Part shown: positions 57,120 to 64,000 of the stretch, one piece after another
How the letters are laid out: every line of letters starts with the position of its first letter
How positions within the stretch are numbered: the first letter of the stretch is position 1
Virus record (IMG/VR): IMGVR_UViG_3300028178_000001
Coordinates: 28,108-92,107 of that record
Strand: one strand, 5' to 3'
Length of the DNA: 64,000 nt
Origin: a virus
Position numbers and translations under genes: made by a program
Notes under the pieces: generated by a model
The model's database searches: none
What the model was told of the DNA's origin: nothing
Seen by the model: only the letters and a program-made list of their open reading frames with translations

Positions 57120-57749
57120 ATGCCATATAAAGACAAACAAAAACAAAAGGAATACTATGCAGAATATCACTCCGAACACAGAGACAAGAGAAACAAGCAA
57201 AACGCATTATACAAAGTAGAACATAAACAAGAATTAGAAGAACAAGGTAAACAGTATAGGCTTGAACACAAAGAAGAAATAAAAGCGAAAAAAACAAAAT
57301 ACCGTTTTGATAACATAGAAGAAATTAGAAAATATAAGGCTGTATATTCATTTACGAATAAAGATAGAATTAGAACACATCGGAGGGAATATAAAAAACG
57401 CAGAAAATTAATTGATCCATCATTCAAAACAAAATGTTATTTAAGGAAAAGAATCTGGTATGCTTTTAATAGAATGGGCTTAAACAAACCATGTAAGACC
57501 GAAGAATTGCTTGGTGCAGACTTTGAAACAGTAATGCGGCATATAGAATCGCAGTTTATCTTTGGCATGAGTTGGGAAAATTACGGTGAATGGCATATTG
57601 ATCACAAAAAACCACTAGCTTTGGCAAAAACCGAGAAGCAATTGATTAAACTTTGCCATTACACGAACTTGCAACCACTGTGGGCAGAAGAAAACCGGAG
57701 GAAACAAGCAAAAACCGATTACAAAATAAAAGAAGTACGATTTGGATAA
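57120..57749 (+). CDS. HNH endonuclease-like protein with charged repeats
   Basis: ELLG...HIESQF..GMSWENYGEWHIDHKKP..CHYTNLQPLWAEEN..K. Confidence 0.8.
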   Translation: MPYKDKQKQKEYYAEYHSEHRDKRNKQNALYKVEHKQELEEQGKQYRLEHKEEIKAKKTKYRFDNIEEIRKYKAVYSFTNKDRIRTHRREYKKRRKLIDPSFKTKCYLRKRIWYAFNRMGLNKPCKTEELLGADFETVMRHIESQFIFGMSWENYGEWHIDHKKPLALAKTEKQLIKLCHYTNLQPLWAEENRRKQAKTDYKIKEVRFG

Positions 57750-57776
57750 TTCAGAGAAAGGTAGTAGTTTTCCGCC

Positions 57777-57940
57777 GTCTAATAATCCAGGCGGTAAACC
57801 CGCTCCGTAATTGCGGTATTCTTATTTTAAAGAGTACAAGCGAATTAATAATAGCCAAGACTCCGCTTTTCGTGAGAGAGCGGGTATCTCCTGGAGATAT
57901 AGACAAGTCTTGGCATCTTTTCTGTCTAAAAATTCAGGAG
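57777..57940 (+). ncRNA. C4-antisense-like structured RNA/leader, copy B
   Basis: Same scaffold as 9847-10010, with CCTGGAGATATAGAC (57890) complementary to GTCTAATAATCCAGG (57777) and GTCTAAAAATTCAGG (57924). Confidence 0.7.
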
Positions 57941-57945
57941 TTCCT

Positions 57946-58284
57946 ATGTCCACATCCCAAAACCCACTATTCTTGCATCGCAAGAAGCCCGACCAATCAT
58001 ACGGTTGGTTACTTTCCGATAAACTTCAAGTATTGGAAGCTGTTGTAAGATGCATCAGCCTCACCAACGAACAAGGGATAAATGACCTTGGCACAACATT
58101 ACTACCCTTAACTCTTGCGAATGTTTTTGAGGAGTTTAGAGAGATTTACAACCACTACTTTTATGAGAACTTTGAATTTTCTATTCCGGTAGAAAAGAAA
58201 CTGATTGAGTTGTCAGAAAAACTTCACACCACCCCCAACATGTTAATAGAGAAGATGCTGAAGAGTATCGAGATAACCTCTTAA
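57946..58284 (+). CDS. hypothetical protein under C4-like control (paralog of 10019-10363)
   Basis: AGGAG RBS; clear similarity to copy A protein. Confidence 0.7.
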   Translation: MSTSQNPLFLHRKKPDQSYGWLLSDKLQVLEAVVRCISLTNEQGINDLGTTLLPLTLANVFEEFREIYNHYFYENFEFSIPVEKKLIELSEKLHTTPNMLIEKMLKSIEITS

Positions 58285-58338
58285 CCTCACCCCTTACCCC
58301 TCTCCTTAAAAAGGAGAGGGGTTTTCTATTTTAAACAA

Positions 58339-58382
58339 TCTTTAAAATTCAACCCTTCGGAGAGAAAACTTTCCCTTAAATA
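58339..58382 (+). promoter_or_regulatory. putative late promoter upstream of tail operon
   Basis: Near-identical to 46326-46369. Confidence 0.65.
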
Positions 58383-58426
58383 ACGGCTGTATTTAACAAA
58401 GTATTTCTCTTAGTATAAACATCAAC

Positions 58427-59317
58427 ATGATTACACCATTAACGACCCTTGAAGTTACTCCGCATCAATTAGGCAGCGAGCTCGATGTCTTTTGGGGTTT
58501 GCCAACGGTATTACCAACGAATTATAAAGTTTACATCTTTCAAAGATCGCAAACCGATGTTACTCCGGAAGAAATTGCCGATTATTTTGCTCACATCGCC
58601 GACCTTTCAACCTTTGTTTACAATGGTTTATTTGTGTTTGACAAAATACAAAACGGATCGGAAGGGATGGGGGTTTATGAAGTTGTAAATGGATTAGTGT
58701 ATTATTATAAGGGTGTGATAAGAGATGAGACCACGGGAGAATATTCGGCAACAATTTCAGCGCATACAACACCTAATGCGGATGTACTTGTAGAAATACA
58801 TGACGGGAAAGATATTGTAGCAAAAACATTAAAAAAAATGTTGGACGGGTTAAAGAATAAAGCCGGGAACAAAATACAATTAAGTAAGGATGTTGAGGTT
58901 GTAAAGCAATTTACAATGGGCGAACCAAAGGGTGATCAGTTTATGGTTGAACGGGTGAATGGTGCCAACTATCAGAACTATTGGGGGAACATATTATCAG
59001 CGCACGGACGAAGTGTTATTCTAGGTGATATGGATACGGATGTGATTAGAGCAACGTACATAACCATAAGCGGACCGGATAGACGGGATTTAATTACAAA
59101 TATTTTGAGAGGGCGCAAACCATTTTTAAAAATAATGGCAAAAAAATTGGGAGCGACCGATTGCCAGGTTACGATAGAGGGAGATTATTATAATCCTTCA
59201 TTCCACGGCGCAAATGTAGTGGGCACAACAATGATATTCAATTTATTGATTGAGAACAAAACAGAAATTAACTACGATGAAATTAATCAACATATAACCG
59301 ATATGAAGGTGATATAA
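58427..59317 (+). CDS. putative tail completion protein with FnIII-like N-terminus
   Basis: W..P..Y.I.R..NG..YYY pattern; upstream of sheath. Confidence 0.5.
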   Translation: MITPLTTLEVTPHQLGSELDVFWGLPTVLPTNYKVYIFQRSQTDVTPEEIADYFAHIADLSTFVYNGLFVFDKIQNGSEGMGVYEVVNGLVYYYKGVIRDETTGEYSATISAHTTPNADVLVEIHDGKDIVAKTLKKMLDGLKNKAGNKIQLSKDVEVVKQFTMGEPKGDQFMVERVNGANYQNYWGNILSAHGRSVILGDMDTDVIRATYITISGPDRRDLITNILRGRKPFLKIMAKKLGATDCQVTIEGDYYNPSFHGANVVGTTMIFNLLIENKTEINYDEINQHITDMKVI

Positions 59318-59529
59318 TGGCAAAAAAAATAAACGATGAAGAAACCGTTAGCATAGCTGAAGGACAATCAAAAGAGGAAGTTGTTGAAATAAATATCAAT
59401 ACTTTCATTCATTTGAAAAAACTCCCTAGTTGGGCGAAGACGAGATTAGAGCATTATTTAATACTTAATCCAAAAGTAAAAACAGAAAATACGGTAGAGC
59501 AATGGGAAAAGATTTTACAAAAACTTTAA
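59317..59529 (+). CDS. small hypothetical protein
   Basis: 70 aa, TAATG-coupled; T.EQW motif. Confidence 0.55.
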   Translation: MAKKINDEETVSIAEGQSKEEVVEININTFIHLKKLPSWAKTRLEHYLILNPKVKTENTVEQWEKILQKL

Positions 59530-60275
59530 AACTTTGGTCAACAGACGAAGAAGTTAAAACCTGGCAAAAGTTTCTTGTGCAGAAGGGCTATTTTACGCAA
59601 GAAATAGACGGCGTATTTGGTGATAAACTAAATGAAGCAACAAAAAAATACCAGGCAGCCAACGGGCTTATTGCCGATGGAGTGGTAGGTAAAATAACCT
59701 GGGGTTTTGCCTTTGCAAATGTTGTAGAAGTTAAACCCGAGCATATTAGAACAGAGAGTGATTTGCTGTTGTGGGTAAAAAAGAATTTGGGACCATATAT
59801 AAGCAAAGCTATTGCCGGGACTATTTTTACCGAAGATTGGCTTGGAGCAATTGCGGCAAGGGAAACCGGTTTTTTAATTATTCGATATGTTAACCAAGGT
59901 TTGGGGTTAAATGAGATTTCAAAACGCATGAAAGGGGATTTCAATAACGGGATCTACCACGGATTTAGTTTTTGGCAGATTGATATTAGATCATTTCCGG
60001 AGTTTATTGCCGCCGGTAAGTGGTTAGACATACAAGCGAGCGTAAATAAGGCAGTAGAAGTGCTTACCGGTAAAATGAATGCTTTGAAAGAGCACAAGGA
60101 GAAACTTGGTGAATACTGGTTTAGCCGTGCGATAACCGCCGCATACAATTGCGGGGAAAGAAATGTAGAGAAAGCGATCTTAGCCGGGAAGGATATTGAT
60201 TCACGAACTTTTAACAAGGATTATTCAAAGGATGTTTTTAGGATGAGAAATATTTACATGAATGTTAACATATAA
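59502..60275 (+). CDS. endolysin: peptidoglycan-binding domain + lysozyme/transglycosylase-like domain
   Basis: WQ.FL...IDG.FG..T..YQ..NGL.ADG.VG..TW; A.RET, QID.RS, AAYNCG..V..D..T...DYS.DV. Confidence 0.82.
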   Translation: MGKDFTKTLKLWSTDEEVKTWQKFLVQKGYFTQEIDGVFGDKLNEATKKYQAANGLIADGVVGKITWGFAFANVVEVKPEHIRTESDLLLWVKKNLGPYISKAIAGTIFTEDWLGAIAARETGFLIIRYVNQGLGLNEISKRMKGDFNNGIYHGFSFWQIDIRSFPEFIAAGKWLDIQASVNKAVEVLTGKMNALKEHKEKLGEYWFSRAITAAYNCGERNVEKAILAGKDIDSRTFNKDYSKDVFRMRNIYMNVNI

Positions 60276-60313
60276 TAAAATTGATAAACTAACTTAATTT
60301 AGGAGAATTAGCC

Positions 60314-62053
60314 ATGCCAATGACATTAGAAGGAAAAACCTTTACCGTACCGGGTGTTTACGGTACAACTGAAGTTGTGAATTTAGGCAGTACGGCAGTC
60401 CCGATTTTTAACACACTGCTAATTGTAGCGGGAGCGAAAAAGGGAGTACCATATAATGCAACAGGAAAGAAAGGGTATCAGGTAATTTTACCCTATGCAT
60501 CGTTAAACACCGTGAAGGAATATTACGGAGTAAGTGATATTTCGAGAGCGTTTGAGTACGCTAAAAAAGGAGGAGCAGGAGCTGTCTATTGTATTAATGC
60601 AGCGAGTTTAACAAATGCTCTTGCAACGATATTGGACAATTCAGGCGCACCAGCCGCAAGTTTTGATGTTTACCCGAGAGATAACTTTTACGGAGCGGCG
60701 GGAAACGACATTTCATTAACGATGTCAACCGATACGAGCTTATTAACGCTAACTGTTATTCCGCCTAAGTTGACGAAGTTTTTAACGGCAAACGCAAGCA
60801 CATCATCTCCATTTATTAGTCTTGGAGATGTTGAGGGACTTGCAGCTGGTATGGCCGTAAAAGTTTACAGCAATGCAATTACAAGTGCACCGGATAGTGT
60901 AACTATTGTAAGTATTGATACGGTAAATAACCTGGTTGAACTAAGCATAAACCCAACAGCGGCTTTTGCAACTTCAGCATACGCGCGTTTATTTGTTGAA
61001 GATACCGATAAACAAGCTACTAAAACATTTAGCGCAACTGCAACCGTTCCCGATGTAATAAATTGGATTAACGGAGGAAATATCTTGACCGCAGATAGAA
61101 AAACTTACACTGGGATAAAACCAACTACTTTAGCAAAAGTTTATTTGCAGAATATTACCAGCGCCACAAAAGGGACAAGCCCGGCAGCGACAGAAACCGG
61201 CGGAGGAGATTTTGATCTTTTGGCAGGTTTAGCGCCGCAATTGTTTGAAGAAATGACGAATTATACCAAACAGCGAGTAAGATTAATTAATGTTGTCTCT
61301 AGCTCTGCAGCGGTGCAGGCAGTTTATAAAACCCTTGCCGTAACAGAACGAGCTGCAGGTAAATCATTACAGCTTATCCTTGGCTGCGCTAGAGGAGATA
61401 TTCTTCTTGCCGCAGATAATGTAGCACATCCTAAAAATAGAGCAAAAGTATTGAATAGTGATGATTGTATCCTTGCCGGAATGGGAATAGACGGCAAAGC
61501 AGCTTATTTAAGTTTCGCCCCATTTACAGCTGGACTGATGAGCGCAAATTCGGTTAAACGTAATCTTACAAATGATGCGGTTGACGCACAGAGCGTTGAA
61601 AAGACTTTCGGAGAATTTAACAAAGAAACCGTAACAGCCGGATACCTTGCAAACGGCGTGTTGTTAATCGGTACGGGTAAGAACGGGTATTACATTATTC
61701 AAGGAATAAACACCTATCAGAACCAAGCCACTATTTGGAATACGGACGATAAGAAGTCTTACTTAATTCAGCAACGGCAAATTGTTGACTTTGTTTACGA
61801 AGGCTACAAGAACGAAATGGAACAAGGTGTAGGAGCCGATGGATATGGGCCAAGTGTAGCTTCTGTCCAGGGTGGAAGAATCTTAAAGAAATTTAAGGAC
61901 GATGGATTCCTTGAAGATTCTGATGCCGGACCGGCATGGAAGATTATGGCAGCTTACCGCGAAGGAAATGCCGTGATAACAGAACCGCAAATCAATCCAG
62001 TTGATTCAACGGATTTTGTAGGGTTTAAATTAAAAATATTAGTTGACGCATAA
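60314..62053 (+). CDS. contractile tail sheath protein
   Basis: PGVY N-terminus, 579 aa, LT......VE, L.NGV..I....G..I.QGI.TY. Confidence 0.85.
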   Translation: MPMTLEGKTFTVPGVYGTTEVVNLGSTAVPIFNTLLIVAGAKKGVPYNATGKKGYQVILPYASLNTVKEYYGVSDISRAFEYAKKGGAGAVYCINAASLTNALATILDNSGAPAASFDVYPRDNFYGAAGNDISLTMSTDTSLLTLTVIPPKLTKFLTANASTSSPFISLGDVEGLAAGMAVKVYSNAITSAPDSVTIVSIDTVNNLVELSINPTAAFATSAYARLFVEDTDKQATKTFSATATVPDVINWINGGNILTADRKTYTGIKPTTLAKVYLQNITSATKGTSPAATETGGGDFDLLAGLAPQLFEEMTNYTKQRVRLINVVSSSAAVQAVYKTLAVTERAAGKSLQLILGCARGDILLAADNVAHPKNRAKVLNSDDCILAGMGIDGKAAYLSFAPFTAGLMSANSVKRNLTNDAVDAQSVEKTFGEFNKETVTAGYLANGVLLIGTGKNGYYIIQGINTYQNQATIWNTDDKKSYLIQQRQIVDFVYEGYKNEMEQGVGADGYGPSVASVQGGRILKKFKDDGFLEDSDAGPAWKIMAAYREGNAVITEPQINPVDSTDFVGFKLKILVDA

Positions 62054-62070
62054 AATAAGGAATTACTAAA

Positions 62071-62616
62071 ATGCCATTTGGAGAAATTTTATCACCTAGA
62101 ATTATAGTTGGGGAAGTAACGGACCGCGAGTATTATTATAAAGCTATGTCGGGCAGCCAACTTGTTTGTTCTATCCTTGACGGGACAAACAATATTGTTG
62201 CGAGAGGGTCAGGTATGAGTTGGAACGAGACATTCCAGCAAACAGATCTACCGGAATGGGGGCAACGAAATTCGCTTGAGATTGTTACCGGAAGACAGCC
62301 AATCGGACAGATAACAATTCAAACGTTCTTCTATATGCACCTTAACGATTCATTGCCAACCACGGCAGGCATAAAAGCTTGGGCAAAAAATGAATTAAGT
62401 GGGATTGTACAAATTGCCGACCATGAAGATCCCGCGTTAGCAGGACTAATTGTTGACGCATTTGAAGGTGTGAAAATTGCCGGACAATCGGGCAATTGGA
62501 ATGCACAAAGCCAATACATAAGGAATGTTTCACTCGTTTACCGCATAAGATTAAACGGCCTAGAATGGGTAGAAAAACATGCAGGCGGGACAGCTTACCC
62601 GGCTAAAAAGGCATAA
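62071..62616 (+). CDS. tail tube protein
   Basis: Follows sheath; E.G....EIV.G pattern; F.GVK. Confidence 0.72.
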   Translation: MPFGEILSPRIIVGEVTDREYYYKAMSGSQLVCSILDGTNNIVARGSGMSWNETFQQTDLPEWGQRNSLEIVTGRQPIGQITIQTFFYMHLNDSLPTTAGIKAWAKNELSGIVQIADHEDPALAGLIVDAFEGVKIAGQSGNWNAQSQYIRNVSLVYRIRLNGLEWVEKHAGGTAYPAKKA

Positions 62617-62684
62617 TTAAATAATTCCCATAACCTCCCGCCTCTTGTGTAAAAGCAAGGGGTGGGAATATTTTAGAGGAAGTA

Positions 62685-63140
62685 ATGGACAGCAGAGAGA
62701 AAGTATCTTTTGAAGTAGAAGATAAAACATTTGAGTTTTACGCAGAACCCACCGCGATAGAAAGCAGGCAAATACGAAACGTAATGGGGGATTTGTTGGG
62801 CGGACTTAATAACCTTTTAGATCTTGAAAATTTGATAAGCCGCGAGTATAGTGCATACTATGACAAACTCGATAAGTTACCTGGCAGAAAAGAAGCTGAG
62901 GGGAAGAAGGATGAAGTATTTGAAGCGATGGTTCGTGACCAAAAGTTTTATGTAAAACTCATCAGCGTGATCAATGAAAAGAAAAACTTACAGCAGCTTG
63001 CATTCTTAAAGGTAATGTGTGTTAAACCGTATGGATATGATTTCTATTCACAGAAGGAAGAATTTTTAAGAAAGATCGTTATAGAGTTAGATGCAAAGCT
63101 TGATGGAGTAAAAAAAAAGTCAGTCACTACCGAAGCCTAA
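62685..63140 (+). CDS. tail assembly chaperone (G)
   Basis: Between tube and tape measure; ends in slippery A AAA AAG (63113-63119). Confidence 0.7.
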   Translation: MDSREKVSFEVEDKTFEFYAEPTAIESRQIRNVMGDLLGGLNNLLDLENLISREYSAYYDKLDKLPGRKEAEGKKDEVFEAMVRDQKFYVKLISVINEKKNLQQLAFLKVMCVKPYGYDFYSQKEEFLRKIVIELDAKLDGVKKKSVTTEA

Positions 63141-63451
63141 TAAATCTTGACGAACGAGGACAACTATTAAGTGAAGATTTTGCGCGGGAAATAGAAGACC
63201 GGGTAACCATAAAACGCTGGTGGAAAAAGCATTACAATTACAGCAGTAATGATGAACGTTACCTAACCGCGACCGAAAGCCAAATGATGGACGATTATCT
63301 TGATTACATCATTAAGAATTATCGTGAGAAGTTTCCGGATAAATTTATCGAGGGGACAGCAAGAGCACGGGCGCTGAACCCAAACTATGATAAAGAAACA
63401 AACGAGAAATTTAAAGAAGCACTTAAAAATATTAAGAGAATTACGATATGA
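63119..63451 (+). CDS. -1 frameshift extension of tail chaperone (GT)
   Basis: Open -1 frame of 110 codons (VSHYRSL...RWWKKHYNYSSNDERYLTATESQM...) with no ATG in its first half. Confidence 0.72.
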   Translation, partial: VSHYRSLINLDERGQLLSEDFAREIEDRVTIKRWWKKHYNYSSNDERYLTATESQMMDDYLDYIIKNYREKFPDKFIEGTARARALNPNYDKETNEKFKEALKNIKRITI

Positions 63452-64000
63452 CAACAGCAGCCGAAAGCGAATTAGCATTATCTGTACGGGCACGGATCCT
63501 ACCAATGATTGAAGGAAGCGATCAATTCTTCCAAACCCTAGAACAAATCCCAAACAGGGTAACCGCACCCATGCAACAATTAACCCAAGAACCGGGATTT
63601 GTGGAGGGATTAACTCCAGGACAAATTTCAAAAGTACAAAACTTCGCCGGTGGCGAAGATGAAATGGTAATGCAGGATTACCAGGCAAAGATAAAAAAAC
63701 TAAGAGATGAAATATCCATAACCATGAAAGCAAGCGAAGAGAGCGGGCATAAAATAACAACGTATGATCTCTTTGGTATGCATAAAAAAATGCTTACCGA
63801 GCAGGCTGCTTTAGAAGATTTTCGTGGGAAACAAATGTCTGCTATTGACGAGATGGACATACCAAAAGAGAAAAAAGAGTTTATGAAAGAAGCTCTTGTA
63901 AGCGGGATAAAAGATGCAAGCGCGGGGTTAGATGAACTGAACCCCAAACTGAAAGAAATGGTAGGGCAGATGAAAGAAGGGGGCGAAGCGGGGAAAAGTA
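63448..64000 (+). CDS. tape measure protein (3' truncated by window edge)
   Basis: ATG overlapping GT stop (MTTAAESELALSVRARI...), open to end of window, helical; positional call. Confidence 0.65.
   Translation, partial: MTTAAESELALSVRARILPMIEGSDQFFQTLEQIPNRVTAPMQQLTQEPGFVEGLTPGQISKVQNFAGGEDEMVMQDYQAKIKKLRDEISITMKASEESGHKITTYDLFGMHKKMLTEQAALEDFRGKQMSAIDEMDIPKEKKEFMKEALVSGIKDASAGLDELNPKLKEMVGQMKEGGEAGKS

Noticed and set aside
200-63947. Numerous minus-strand ORFs in the six-frame track
   Set aside because: They overlap well-supported + strand genes and are F/S/L-rich shadows of purine-rich coding sequence; no motifs or RBS
1-64000. Stop-codon reassignment, tRNA genes, DGR/retron
   Set aside because: Long genes are intact in the standard code and end in all three stops; no tRNA cloverleaf or reverse transcriptase recognised by eye

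Overview
A 64 kb piece of a large tailed (myovirus-type) phage or prophage genome. Essentially all real genes lie on the + strand. The left part (1-26 kb) is early/replication: SbcD-like nuclease (5' truncated) and SbcC-like ATPase, separated by an integron-like cassette with two attC-like sites, an IntI-like integrase fragment, an SF2 helicase and an HNH endonuclease. These are followed by ASCH-like, DUF5131 and DUF4373-type initiator genes, SSB, terminase subunits, C5 and N6/N4 DNA methyltransferases and many small hypotheticals. The right part (26-64 kb) is morphogenesis: portal, MuF-like protein, prohead protease/scaffold, SPO1/Twort-type major capsid, neck proteins, endolysin, tail sheath, tube, a frameshifted tail chaperone and the start of the tape measure gene. 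Three very large polyvalent proteins sit inside the head module: DdrB/ParB plus PBECR-like nuclease; pyrophosphatase-like plus intein-split N6-MTase plus SNF2 (DarB-like); and a zeta-toxin-like kinase. The most interesting non-obvious signals are: (i) a promoter-hairpin-terminator antisense RNA unit hidden inside the coding sequence just after the nuclease domain; (ii) paired C4-like antisense leaders with compensatory target/antisense changes; (iii) a phage-borne integron-like cassette; (iv) hydrophobic-x-K-S/A motifs suggesting the polyvalent proteins are protease-processed polyproteins; (v) AATTAGG heptamer arrays at gene junctions. The host is probably Ignavibacteria/Bacteroidota-related (inference). 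All family calls come from motif recognition by eye; no searches were run.
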